The notes under the pieces are model-generated. The model was not told the DNA's origin. It did no database searches and saw only the letters and a program-made list of their open reading frames with translations. A program made the translations under genes and the position numbers. From Octopus vulgaris (taxonomy: Eukaryota), in assembly GCA_951406725.2 (NCBI GenBank), contig OX597824.1:17360001-17424000 (forward strand): a stretch of 64,000 nucleotides of DNA, read 5' to 3'. This document shows, one piece after another, positions 1 through 13,777 of this stretch (position 1 is its first letter; every line of letters starts with the position of its first letter).

Positions 1-52
<52 letters not shown>

Positions 53-556
53 TTGAAATATATGTGCACACGTATATAAATATGTGTGTGCATGTGTTTA
101 TGTATTTAAGAATGTGTATATAAGATAAGCATTTCCTGTTACGCTTGTTTCAGCAACATCTGCCTCGGGACTAACTTAGATAGGTTTCATCGGAGACACA
201 AAGAACATGAAATTGAAGAATGAACTTTTATATGATAACGATATTAATTTCAAGTTGAATATGTTTAAAGTTCCTTGCCCCTAAAAAAAAAAAAAAAGAG
301 AAACCAGTAAAGACAAAGAAGAGAATTGTAATTATGTACTTAATCTTCCTCCCGAGAGACATATCACTTCTTTTTTTTGAGAAAAGATAACTTTGTGAGA
401 CACTGTGTGTATAGTTGTGCTATATCCATGTACGAGCATGGAGGTATGAAAATATGTAATCATAATTGTACGTTCGCATGTATATAAATGTATATACGCA
501 CATATGTCTATATGAATATATATATATATATATACATATATATATACATATATATA

Positions 557-622
<66 letters not shown>

Positions 623-636
623 TATGAATATATATA

Positions 637-763
<127 letters not shown>

Positions 764-1551
764 TACATACATTGTATATATATATATAATTATAAGTATA
801 CACACATTTACATATATACATATATACATATATAATTATAAGTATACACACATGTATTTATGTGTGTATGTGTGTATGCGTGAGTGTGTGCATGTGTGTG
901 TAATACTTTCTATATATATATGTGTTGCTTTTTTGTGTTTTAATTATTTGCATTCTTCGTAATGTAGAAAGTGCAGGTTTTTTAGTGAGAAAGAAAAGTC
1001 TGTCGGTGGAATTCAGATAAGAGCATTGGCGAATTGCTTTTATGTGGAGCTTTAGAAAAACGTTTGGATGCTTTTACAGTTCCGCTTGCAAATTGAATCA
1101 AATGATGTGTGAGTTGGTCATTTACTTTGTTTGAAAAAACCAGTCGTTTGAGATAGCTATGAAGATATTAGTTATCACAGGGAAACGCACCTGTAATTAC
1201 AGGTGAATATGTGAAGCTATATTCTCTGTAGAGAAGCTGTAGTTTTTGAACCTGTTGCCTCCTGTAAATATTCTCATTCTGGGAGATAGAAAAAAATGTT
1301 AATATCAGAAGTTCTAATGACCTCTATGACCGTATACTATGATCGATTTTCAACAATTATATGTTACGCTTGTACACTACCTGTTATATTCAAAAGTATG
1401 TACTATCACTGTAATTGATTAGGGTGTACTGTACCCGAAATATCAAGGTATAATTTATAAGGCTAAGTCTTTTAATTCTTTATGCACAAACTTCTGTCAC
1501 TGTTAACTTCGAAAAATTCTAATACATACTCAACATACAATATATACAAAT

Positions 1552-1630
<79 letters not shown>

Positions 1631-1632
<2 letters not shown>

Positions 1633-1802
1633 CGCAGGAGTGGCTGTGTGGTAGTAGCTTGCTTACCAACCACATGGTACCGAGTTCAGTCCCACTGCGT
1701 GGCATCTTGGGCAAGTGTCTTCTGCTATAGCCCCGGGCCGACCAATGCCTTGTGAGTGGATTTGGTAGACGGAAACTGAAAGAAGCCTGTCGTATATATG
1801 TA

Positions 1803-1861
<59 letters not shown>

Positions 1862-2088
1862 ATGTGTGTGTGTGTGTGTTTGTGTGTCTGTGTTTGTCCC
1901 CCTAGCATTGCTTGACGACCGATGCTGGTGTGTTTACGTCCCCGTCACTTAGCGGTTCGGCAAAAGAGACCGATAGAATAAGTACTGGGCTTACAAAGAA
2001 TAAGTCCCGGGGTCGATTTGCTCGACTAAAGGCGGTGCTCCAAGCATGGCAGCAGTCAAATGACTGAAACAAGTAAAAGAGTAAAAGT
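1631..2088 (+). mobile_element. tRNA-derived SINE family A, full length, with internal (TA)n/(TG)n tract
   Basis: Head GGCGCAGGAGTGGCTGTGTGG...GAGTTCAGTCCC (A/B-box-like), CORE-like CTTGGGCAAGT block, tail GGCGGTGCTCCA..ATGGC..CAGTCAAATGACTGAAAC; more than 10 copies in the window. Confidence 0.9.
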
Positions 2089-2231
2089 GTATATATATAT
2101 ATATATATAATTCATTAAGGAAAAAAATTCTAATGCCAAATATGCCGAAAAATTGGACATATTGTCCATTAACCATCTAATTTTTTCACAATACGCACGC
2201 TATTTCGAGTAGCGTGCGTATTGTGAAAAAA

Positions 2232-2465
2232 TAGAGAAATGTTTTTGTTTCACTTTTAACACGTAGTACTGAAATAGTGGAGAAAATCTAATATTGTTAT
2301 GGGCTCGCTCTAGGCAAGAAGTTGAACATTCTTTTGCCCATGAAACTACATGGACCCTAAGTAAGGCATGTGTAAAATTTGAATGAAATTGGTTGTGTAG
2401 TTCTCAAGTTTTAGGGAAACACACAGACAGATAGACACACATTCTCAGTTTTATATATATAAAGA
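2232..2465 (-). mobile_element. Helitron-like non-autonomous element, 5' part
   Basis: Minus strand begins A|TCTTTATATATATAAAACTGAGAATGTGTGTCT, matching the 5' end of the other Helitron copies. Confidence 0.5.
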
Positions 2466-2860
2466 TATATATATACATACATACACACACATACCCCCCC
2501 ATATATATATATATACACATACATACATGTGTGCGTGAATGTATGTTGCTTCTAACGAAAATGCCATTAATATCTGTTATGGAAGATAATTGCAATGGTT
2601 CAACTGAGGTCCCATGTGTCATTTGGTGTATCACGAACCTTTATGCCATGGGTTGATAAAACGCTGACCGATCATAATAAAAACTGGGAGGTATGGTAAT
2701 AGAGCACGCAATTCCCCATTGTAACGTGTGGGATTTCGACATGGCTGCGAATATTTCTTCACTTTCTTAAATGTCCCACAACTTCGTAATCCAAACGTGT
2801 GAATAACCGGTGAGGTGTCCTCACCGCTACAAGTGAATCCACTTCATGCACTATAAGTAA

Positions 2861-3247
2861 TCTTTATATATAAAAGTGAGGTTGTGTGCTGTCTGTCTCC
2901 TACGATTTAGATTCCTAACTACTCCCACATTTTGCGGTGCAGTTTAACCAAAAGCAGGTATCTTATAATCGTGATTCATATGGAGCTCTTCTGGGTATTA
3001 TCGCGCGTCTACGATGAGTCTACGATTTTAAAAAAAATTACCATCAATTTTTCCCATTTTTAATGCATTTTTGGCATATATAAGGGAAGTAACTCTCTAA
3101 AAATTTATTATTAAATCTCAGAACTTAAAAAGCTACAGTAACACACCCATCCTTTGTGGTTAGCCATATTGAGATGGCTATCATACTTTACATCTCTAAA
3201 AATGCTTATATAGTTATTTCCATTACAAACCCGGGCGATACTGCTAG
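2861..3247 (+). mobile_element. Non-autonomous Helitron
   Basis: A|TC start (TCTTTATATATAAAAG), 3' end CCCGGGCGATACTGCTAG|T, no TSD; copies at 13778, 34839 and 59693. Confidence 0.85.
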
Positions 3248-3286
3248 TTAAATATAAGCTACTTCATGTTTTAAATATATTTTTCC

Positions 3287-3440
3287 GGAGTGGTTGTGTG
3301 TTAAGAAGCTTGCTTCCCAACCACATGGTTCCGGGTTCAGTCACACTGCATGACACCTTGCGCAGGTGTCTTCTACTGTAGATTCGGGTCGACCAATGCC
3401 TTGTGAGTACATTTGGTAGGCGGAAACTGAAAGCAACCCG

Positions 3441-3445
<5 letters not shown>
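3287..3445 (+). mobile_element. SINE A, 5' half
   Basis: Matches the head of the 1631 copy and ends in (TA)n. Confidence 0.85.
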
Positions 3446-3479
<34 letters not shown>

Positions 3480-3638
3480 TTAAAAATAGGATAACATTTT
3501 TATAAGAATTTATCAAGTAGTTAGCGTGAAAAACCTCATAAGAGAAAAACATTCACCAATTTTTTCACTTAAATATATCAATATATATATATATATATAT
3601 ATGTACACACATATCTATATATGTCCATGTATATATAT

Positions 3639-3691
<53 letters not shown>

Positions 3692-3715
3692 GCACATATA
3701 CTTACACACACACAC

Positions 3716-3808
<93 letters not shown>

Positions 3809-4294
3809 TGCATAAATACATACATGAGTGTGAATACGTTTAAACACACTTAAGGATACACACGTGACCACATGTTCTCATAGGAAGTATTTCAAAACAT
3901 GCGAGTAACAGTTTCAACGGCGATGTTTTTTGATATTGATTTCAGGAAAACAAGACAACAACACAAAGCAACCCTGAATTTTGAGACAGATTCTTTGACG
4001 GCCAAACAATGCCTTATTCTTTTATATTCCACTGGTTTTCTTTTTCTTTTGTTCCATATCCCAGTTTTCAGAAAAAACCAAAGTTATAGGTGTAAAATTC
4101 AATTCCCATTTGCTGGGAATACAAACACGATCCCAATTAAAATTACAAGATTATCAATATAATTCCCTACGGAATACCAAATGTTCACAATATTTCCAAA
4201 TGATGTCTTCAGACATCAAAGAGAACCACACATTATTAACTTTGCCAATGGGTATTGGATGTGATTTTTGCTTCATTTTTTCCTCTTTTATTTT

Positions 4295-4337
<43 letters not shown>

Positions 4338-4567
4338 TATATATTTGTATGTATGTATGAATGAATGCAGACACACTAACACACATACTCACACAGACAG
4401 ATATATAGACGAACACATTTGCATATGGCCCAACAGAAACATATATTCTTGCATATATATATATATACATGTGTGTGTGTATGTGTGTGTATGAGTGTGT
4501 GTGTGTGTATATATATGTATGTGTATGTGTATGTGTATATATATATGTGTGTATATGTGTGTGTATG

Positions 4568-4618
<51 letters not shown>

Positions 4619-4755
4619 GTATATATACATGTATATATTTGTATACATATATACATACATATATATATATACATATATATATACATTTACATGTATAAAT
4701 TCTTACACACACACACGCACATATATGCGTGTGTGTGTATGTGTGTATGTATACA

Positions 4756-4822
<67 letters not shown>

Positions 4823-5287
4823 ATTTGCATGGGTTTGTGCGTGGGTGTGAGCGTGTCTGCAAGTTCGTTTGGGTATATTCTCTGGAGAATTCTGCGATAA
4901 ATTAGTCCGCTTCTTGAATAAAAAAACAAGTCTCTCTCCTGTTATTTCAAGAAACTGTGTCCTTTTTACCCAAATCGCAAGATTATCCCCCTCTTAGTCA
5001 TTCAATCTCTTCTCCTCTTACCGTATCTCTTCTTCCTCTCTATTCCCTACTTCTCTAATTCTAACGGTAAAAAAGACACCACACCATTTAAGGACCGTAA
5101 TAATCTGTATATCTTTGACGGCGTCGCTCACTTGTAATGAACCCTAATTGAATATTAATTATTCTTCTGGACTTCCAATGGCCAGGTCAATACTTATGGA
5201 GCTCATGAAATAAAAACATTTTTGAAAGTAAAATATTTTTCGATTTAAAAATTTTAAAATTTGTCAAAAGTTATATTTTGCATGTGC

Positions 5288-5429
5288 CAAGAAGCTTGAT
5301 TCTCAACGACATTGTTCCGGGTTCAGTCCCACTGCGTGGTATCCTGAGCAAGTGTTTTCTACTATAGCCTCGGGCTGATCAAAGACTTGTGAGTGGATTT
5401 GGTAGAAGGAAACTGAAAGAATCCCATTG

Positions 5430-5460
<31 letters not shown>

Positions 5461-5665
5461 ATGTATGCTTGTGCGTCTGTGTTAGTCACCCCACCTTCGC
5501 TTGTCAACTGATGTTAGTGCGTTTAGATAGTCGTAACTTAGCGGTTCGATAGAATAGGTACTAGGCTTAGAAAGAATATGTCCTCGGGTCCATTAGTTCG
5601 ATTAATAGCGGTGCCCCAGCATGACCGCAGTCAAGTGGCTGAAACAAATAAAGGAATAAAAGAAT
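5288..5665 (+). mobile_element. SINE A, diverged copy
   Basis: Colinear with the 1631 copy. Confidence 0.85.
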
Positions 5666-5939
5666 AATACATTTATTCGTGAAAGAATTTTATTACAATT
5701 TTTTCTCCACATCCACAATTATTCATATGAATTTTCGAACCAATTAAACTTTTCTTAGAAATTAGTGCAGGATTTGATAATCACACTCCTATCTCAAGAA
5801 TGGTTACTTTTATTCTAAGCACACAACATTCGGAAAATATAGAGTCGTCATGTCTTCTATAGATCGTAGGATTATACATATCTACGATATTACGAGGGCT
5901 CGAGCGGCGTGCTTCCAGGATCGCTTGCACGCTGGGCAT

Positions 5940-6075
5940 AACGCTCTGTGGCATTTCGTCCGTCTGTATTCTCTGAGTTCAAATTCCACTGAGATTGACG
6001 TTATCTTTCACCCGTTTGGGGTCGATAAAATAAGTACCAGGTGATAGGGATCAATGTAATCTACTTAACCACTTC
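5940..6075 (+). mobile_element. SINE B, degenerate fragment
   Basis: CTGAGTTCAAATTCC...GGGGTCGATAAAATAAGTACCAG block. Confidence 0.65.
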
Positions 6076-6526
6076 CCTGTTCCAACATTTGTAACTGATA
6101 TTATGAAGGGTCAACCACACGTTGCAATTTAAATATCAAACGTTTGCTTATCGAACCAAAAGTTATTGGAACCTCAACGTGGATACTCAAGCAGCTCAGA
6201 AATATTAACAAAGCTCTGTTTTAAACCCTACATTATTTTATCAAGAAAAGGAATGTATATCAAGCGATATAAGCGTAGATGCATAGCATGTGGCCAACAA
6301 AAATATGGTGTTTACGGTTTTGACGTATCTGATTGCAAAACTGTTCAGTTGAGGCTTACGCTAACTAAACAGTAAATCCCGTTCATTGTAAAATCCTGTT
6401 TCTCTTGGAAGCTTTTAATATATTCATTTTTGATACTCCATGGTTATTGCGAAAATTGTCTGATGGCTGGTAGTTTAAAGACGACCAAGAAATATACAAC
6501 TTCTGTTGAAATTATAGATGCAGCTA

Positions 6527-6692
6527 CCGGTGTGACTGTGTGGTAAGTAGCTTGATTACCAACCATATAGTTCCGGGTTCAATCCCACTGCGTGGCACAT
6601 TGGGCAAATGTCTTCTACTTTAGCCTCGGGCCAACCAAACCCTCGTGAGTGAATTTGGTAGACGGAAACTGAAAAAAGCCCGTCGTATATAC

Positions 6693-6731
<39 letters not shown>

Positions 6732-6972
6732 GTATGTATGTTTTTGTGTATGTTTGTGTGTCGGTTTTTGTCCCCCAACATCACTTCACAACCGATGCTG
6801 GAGTGTTTACGTCCCCGTAACTTAGCGGTTCGGCAAAAAGAGACCGATAGCATAAGTACTAGGCTAACAGAGAATAAGTCTTGGGGTCTATTTCTTCGAC
6901 TAGAGGCGGTGCTCCAGCTTGGCCACAGTCAAATGACTGAAACAAGTAAAAGAGTAAAAGAGTAAAAAGAGT
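6527..6972 (+). mobile_element. SINE A, full length
   Basis: Colinear with the 1631 copy; GTAAAAGA tail repeats. Confidence 0.9.
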
Positions 6973-7186
6973 ACAACATTACAAATGAGCAGATATAAAA
7001 GCGTCAGTTTAGCAGACGAAAATTAATCGCACTAAAGCGGGATTGCTAAATATTTGACGACATAAACGAAAATAATAATACATTACAATAATAAAACATT
7101 ACAACTTTCGTCGTCTCAATCTTCAATATCCAATATCTCTCCCGATGACATCATTACCACTATCACGCTTCTCACTATATCACATA

Positions 7187-7577
7187 CTAGCAGTATCGCC
7201 CGGCGTTGCTTGGGTTTGTTTCGACCCTTTAGAATTGGAATTTTTGAAAAGTAAAAATTTTGCATTATGTAGCTTGTTATTCTCTTTAAGTGAACATTTT
7301 TCTGGTTGAAATACACCGAAAAATGGCGTCCCAGCAGTCGAAAATAGTAAAAAATAGGGATTTTCATAGAAAAAAAGCACCTTTTTGATGTAAATAATTT
7401 TTGGTGTTAACATGGTCCGATTTGTAGTTTTTCTTCTACGGAAGGAAGAGCAAGCCTTCTTCTATCATACTCTCAATTTTGGTCAACTTGCACGGCAGGG
7501 TCTCGGTGGAGATAGTGTTAGTTGAAGGCTACCAAACCTGCCATACACAGACAACTTCAGTTTTATATATAGAGAGA
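7187..7577 (-). mobile_element. Non-autonomous Helitron with a different internal sequence
   Basis: On the plus strand it reads A|CTAGCAGTATCGCCCGGCGTTGCTTGGG at one end and TTTTATATATAGAGAGA|T at the other; termini match the 2861 family, the interior does not. Confidence 0.75.
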
Positions 7578-7898
7578 TGTATGCGTTTATGTCTTTGCGC
7601 GTTTGTGATTATTTATTTCTCCATTCACCACTTTCACGTTTCCTGCAGTAAACATCTTCTCTCTTTTCTTTCTCTTTTTCTCTTTCCCTTACTTTGCCTC
7701 TTCCTGGAAGTATTTAACCACTTAACATAATAGCATCCCATCTCCTGCTTCATACCACCGCCGATTCCCCTCAACAAAACAATCTTCTCTGTCTCGCATT
7801 TATACCCTTCTCTCTCCCTTAGCTTTTCACTTAAACTAACCCTTTCACTGAGTAACATACGTACACAAGCATATTAACCCCATTACTATTCCCTTTAA

Positions 7899-8300
7899 GG
7901 CGGTGAGCTGGCAGAATTGTTAGTACGCCGGGCGAAATGCTTTGTGGTATTTCGTCCGGCGTTGCGTTCTGAGTTCAAATTCCGCCGAGGTCGACTTTGC
8001 CTTTTATCCTTTCGGGGTCGATAAATTAAGTACCATTTTCGCACTGGGGGTCGATGTAATCGACTTAATCCGTTTGTCCCCTCTGTGTATAGCCCCTTGT
8101 GGGTAGTAAAGAAATAGGTATTTCGTCTGCCGCTACGTTCTGAGTTCAAATTCTGCCGAGGTCGACTTTGCCTTTCATCTTTTCGGGGTCGATAAATTAA
8201 GTACCAGTTACGCACTGGGGTCGATGTAATCGACTTAATCCGTTTGTCTGTCCTTGTTTGTCCCCTTTATGTTTAGCCCCTTGTAGGCAATAAAGAAATA
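7899..8300 (+). mobile_element. tRNA-derived SINE family B, dimeric form
   Basis: GGCGGTGAGCTGGCAGAA head, B-box GAGTTCAAATTCC, body GGTCGACTTTGCCTTT..CGGGGTCGATAAATTAAGTACC present twice; a further decayed body follows at about 8340-8500. Confidence 0.85.
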
Positions 8301-8624
8301 AGAAACGATACTCTGCCAGAAAAAGTGCTTAGTGACAATTCTTTCGATTTTACGTTCTGAGTCTAAAAACCGCCCGCATCAACTTTGCTTTCCATACCTT
8401 CGGGGTCGATAAAGTAATTACTAGTTGAGCAGTGGGGGGGGTGGGGGCAGTGTAATCCCCTCATCCCTCCACTAAAATTGCTATCCTTGTATCGAAATTT
8501 GAAACAAATATGCTTCCGTTTCTTTCGTTAATTCTTCTTACATGTCCCCCCCAAAAGTCTTCTGATCCGTTTCCTTTTCTTTCTTTCCAGTTCATCTTCC
8601 CGCCCTTACTCTACCTCATCGTCA

Positions 8625-9192
<568 letters not shown>

Positions 9193-9944
9193 GCATTCCT
9201 TTCTCCAGCATCTTCTCTGCGAGTTTCACTTACTCTCTTAAAATATCTACAATCTTTGCCAACCCTCAACCTTTTTTCTCACTTTCTATCTCGCTATCAC
9301 AGTCTATCACTTATGCATTCTATACAATATCTTTACTCTGTCTGTCTCTCTGCCTCTGTCCCTCTCTCTTTCTCACTCTCTGGATCGCATCTCTTCTACT
9401 TAGTCTCATGTCTCATTTCTGTCCCTCTGCAATTCTGACATAACTCTCTCTTTATCCCACTCTCCCGCAACCGCTCTCTAATTGTCACATTCTTTCACGT
9501 ATCTATTATTTACAATGCCTTTTTCTTCCCCTACTCACTTTATCTATCACTCAGTCTCAGCCTTTTTCTCTCTGTTTCTTTCTCTCTCTTTTATAATTTC
9601 CCCATTTTCACACTTTTAATATTTCATGCCAAGCTCATTCACCCAAAGCTATAATTCTCAAAAGGATTTTCCGATGGTTCTTATTCTAACTCAAGTTTTC
9701 TTTCTTTTTTATATTCTTCCTATCAAAATATCACACTTATTTCTCTCCCTTTGCCGCTCTCATTCTATCGCGCTTTCCACCAATGCTTTCCTCGCTCTTT
9801 TATCTCACCCTCCAAAAATTACTCTCTTCCCCAAAGCTGTTTCTTCAGCACAGCAAGCATTAACATCATGTGATGGCACCACAGTCACAACGGTTATTCA
9901 CCAATAAAGATGCTCGCAAAAAATGTTGCCATACTTGTTGTTGA

Positions 9945-10055
9945 TTTTGTTGTTGTTGTTATTATTATTACCATTCTTCTTCTTCTTCTTCTACTCCTTC
10001 TTCTTCTATTCTTCATCTTCTTCTTCTTCTACTCTTCTTCTTCTTCTTCTTCTTC

Positions 10056-10134
<79 letters not shown>

Positions 10135-10252
10135 CATTATTATTATTATCATAATCATTATTATTATTATTATTATTATTATCATTATTATTATTATTAT
10201 TATTATTATTGTCATCATCATCATCATCATCATCATCATTGTTATTATTATA
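9945..10252. repeat. (GTT)n(CTT)n(ATT)n(CAT)n compound microsatellite
   Basis: Direct inspection. Confidence 0.95.
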
Positions 10253-10254
10253 AT

Positions 10255-10467
10255 GGCGGCGAGCAGGCAGAATCGTTAACATGTCGGACAAAATGCTTAC
10301 CAGTATTTCGTTTGCCTCTACTTTCTGAGTTCAAATTCCTCCGAGGTTGACTTTTCCTTTCAACCTTATCGGGTTCCATACACTTGGTACCAGTTAGATA
10401 CTTGGGTCGATGTAATCGACGTACCCTTCACCCAAATTTCAGGACTTGTGCCTATAGTAGTAAGGAT
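10255..10467 (+). mobile_element. SINE B monomer
   Basis: Colinear with the 7899 copy. Confidence 0.8.
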
Positions 10468-10477
10468 TATTATTAAT

Positions 10478-10806
10478 ATTCCTATAATGTTAGTGTTAAC
10501 TAATCGCAAAGTAAATACCTCCACAAACGATATCCAAACTACAGTGGAGAAGGCTAGCCACTGGATTTGGTTAAAAAGAGACGATGAGCGATGGCTAGAA
10601 GAATATTGAGCTTTATTTGATAATCGGCTGATCTAGCAAGTGGGGCCTCATTACAGTGATTGGGACCGGTGTGCAATTATGCCGTCGAGAGGTAGGACGC
10701 GAAACGGCGCGCCATCTCTCCTGGTTACCCCATACACTTGCTGGCTTCCGGTATGCGGAGCTTTCGACTGGTAGCACTTCCATGAGTAAGTTATTTGCAA
10801 AACATA
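10478..10806 (+). mobile_element. 3' fragment of a HERO-like RLE non-LTR retrotransposon
   Basis: Frame 10478-10609 reads ...LTNRKVNTSTNDIQTTVEKASHWIWLKRDDERWLEEY*, resembling the EKASxWxWLKR C-terminus of HERO elements; followed by a GC-richer 3' UTR and (ATT)n. Confidence 0.6.
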
Positions 10807-10820
10807 TTATTATTATTGTA

Positions 10821-11069
<249 letters not shown>

Positions 11070-11679
11070 GAGTGAGAGAGCAGTTCATGCCATCAAAGTG
11101 ACAACTGGGGTAAAATATACGAAGCCCAGTATACCCATCATGACTACCCCTCTGATAAGGGTACACCAGGCACCTGCATCACAACCATATGTGCGCGACA
11201 TGGTGATCTCATATCAAGATAAACAGCACAGGACCTTGCGGGTGGGGCCCAGTTAGGAATTTTTTCAGGTTGAGTAGCCCATCCTGCTCAAAAGGTCCCT
11301 GACTAAGGGTTGTTTAAGGATGTTGAAAGAACCACCCATGTTTCCAGAGGTGAATTATTCAAACCCCAAAGAATCCCTCTCAACACATGGCTATGATGCT
11401 CCCCCACTACTTCTGCTCGTGATCAGAGATGCACATATCGTCAGCCACTAAGGGACATGCTCAACTGGTTAAGGTCAAACAACTGACAAGCAAATCTGTG
11501 GTATTGAGAAGAATATTTGCTGTAGCCCATCTTTTATACCAAGACAAAACAATGTACATGATAACACTTCCAATTAGTTAAGATCAGAAGCCATGAGAGC
11601 CACTGCCTGGTACTGCATCAGGGCAATTACTGCCTGGTACTGCATCAGGGCAATTACTGCCTGGTACTGCATCAGGGCA

Positions 11680-11683
<4 letters not shown>
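11070..11683 (-). mobile_element. About 555-bp non-coding retroposon (family D) inserted in (TAA)n
   Basis: Near-identical inverted copy of 16443-16996; flanked on both sides by (ATT)n; terminal 27-mer present three times at 11603-11683. Confidence 0.8.
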
Positions 11684-11738
<55 letters not shown>

Positions 11739-11799
11739 GGCTGTGAATAAGTGGCACTTTCAATCATAGCCAGCAAAATAAGCTGTAAGTTTTCATCAC

Positions 11800-11865
<66 letters not shown>

Positions 11866-11867
<2 letters not shown>

Positions 11868-12116
11868 TCCTATCATAGTAGGTGCATTAGGTATGATAAA
11901 AAAATATTCAGACAAATACATAACTAAAACACCAGGTCTCACAAACACATATAACATACACAAAATTGCACTACTAGGCACTGCACACATCCTACGCAGA
12001 ACACTTTCCATACAGTAACCATCAGAGCATCACAACAAATCACAGCACATACCCAAGGCACACAGAGCTGCGCTCGGTAGTGAAGTGAAAGCACGTTATA
12101 AAAATAAAACTACTGA
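11866..12116 (+). mobile_element. 3' fragment of an R4/Dong-like RLE non-LTR retrotransposon
   Basis: 11866-12018 reads IPIIVGALGMIKKYSDKYITKTPGLTNTYNIHKIALLGTAHILRRTLSIQ*, the PxxxGALG...LLGTAxILR C-terminus typical of the R4/Dong clade; flanked by (TAA)n. Confidence 0.75.
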
Positions 12117-12190
12117 ATGATGATAATAATACTAATACTACTAATAATAATAATAATGATAATGATAATAATAATAATAATGATAATAAT

Positions 12191-12405
12191 AGGATGGGTT
12201 ACTCGACCAGAAGAAAATTCTAACTGTGCCCCACCTGCAAGGTCTTGCGCTGTTTATCTTGATATGAGATCACCATGTCGCGCACATATGGTTATGATGC
12301 ATGTGCCTAGTGTACCCTTATCAGACGGGTAGTCATGATGGGTATACTGAGCTTCGGATATTTTACCCCAGTGTCACTTTGATGGCATGCACTGCTCTCT
12401 CACTC
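12191..12405 (+). mobile_element. Family D, 5'-truncated copy
   Basis: Matches about 16782-16996 and ends CTCTCACTC(AAT)n. Confidence 0.85.
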
Positions 12406-12486
<81 letters not shown>

Positions 12487-12543
12487 AATAAGAAGAAGAA
12501 GAAGAATAACAATAATAATGATAATAATTACAACAATAATAAT

Positions 12544-12665
12544 AGACCGATAGAATAAGTATTAGGTTTAAAAAATAGGTCCTGGAGACAAATTATTCGA
12601 CTAAAACTCGTGAAGTCGGTATCCCAGCATGGCTGTTTTCCTATTACTGAAACATATGAAAGAAG
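12544..12665 (+). mobile_element. SINE A, 3' fragment
   Basis: AGACCGATAGAATAAGTA...CCAGCATGGC...ACTGAAAC. Confidence 0.7.
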
Positions 12666-12738
12666 ATTCAAGTGTTTATATGATTGGTTGTAGCATAATA
12701 TTGACATGTGTTTTACTATGATGTATTTTTTTTTTGTA

Positions 12739-13115
12739 GAGGCGCAATAGCCCGGTGGTTAGGGCAGCACACTCTAGGTCTTACGATCGCGGTTTCAATT
12801 CCCACGCAGGGCGTTGGGAGTGTTTATTGAGCGCAAACACCTAAAGCTCCACGAGGCTCCATCAGAGGGTGGTGACAAAACACTGCTGTACTCTTTCACC
12901 AGAACATCCTCTCACTCTTTCATCCTGTTTCTGTTGTACCTGTATTTGAAAGGGGCAGCCTTGTTACACTGTCTCACGCTGAATCTCCCCGAAACCTACG
13001 TTTAAGTGTACACACATCTGTGGAGTGCTCAGCCTCTTGCATGTTAATTTCACGAGTAGTTGTTTCGTTGATCGGATCAACTTGAAACCTCGTCGTCGTA
13101 ACCGACGGAGTGCTA
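12739..13115 (+). mobile_element. tRNA-derived SINE family C (resembles octopus OR-type SINEs)
   Basis: GAGGCGCAATAGCCCGGTGGTTAGGGC...GTTTCAATTCCC head; probable TSD TTTTACTATGATG at 12711-12723 and 13122-13134. Confidence 0.85.
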
Positions 13116-13310
13116 CGATGTTTTTACTATGATGGACATTTGCTTAGTATTTCTGGCAAGGCTGGCTTATTATGCTGGCTCTTTATTATTGACTTCTATT
13201 ATAAATCTGACCATGATACACACCGCTCCATGTTAATAATAGAACACTTACAAAACTTATTAAAAGAATTAAACAACGTAGGGATCACTTCATACTTAGA
13301 ACACTTTTTT

Positions 13311-13518
13311 TTTACTGGTTTCAATCATCTGACTTCGGCCATGCTTGAGCACCGCCTCTAGTCGATCAAATCGACCACAGGACTTATTCTTTGTAAGCCC
13401 AGTACTGAATCTATCGATCTCTTCTGCCGAACCGCTAAGTTACGGGGACGTAAACACACCAGCATCGGTTGCCAAGCGATGTTGGGGGAACAAACACAGA
13501 CACACAAACACATACACG

Positions 13519-13570
<52 letters not shown>

Positions 13571-13725
13571 TACGATGGGCTTTTTTCAGTTTCCGTCTAC
13601 CAAATCCATTCACATGGCTTTGGTCGGCCCGAGGCAATAGTAGAAGACACCTGTCCAAGGTGCCATGCAGTGGGAATGAACCCGGAAACATGTGGTTGGT
13701 AAGCAAGCTACTTACCACACAGCCA
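13311..13725 (-). mobile_element. SINE A, full length, reverse orientation
   Basis: Reverse complement of the 1631 copy. Confidence 0.9.
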
Positions 13726-13777
13726 ATTTTAAATCGTCCATACTTGTAACACTAAAACACCACATACAACACTAAAA

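Noticed and set aside
1000-1330. Possible decayed coding or TE fragment
   Set aside because: No recognisable motif in any frame that I could read
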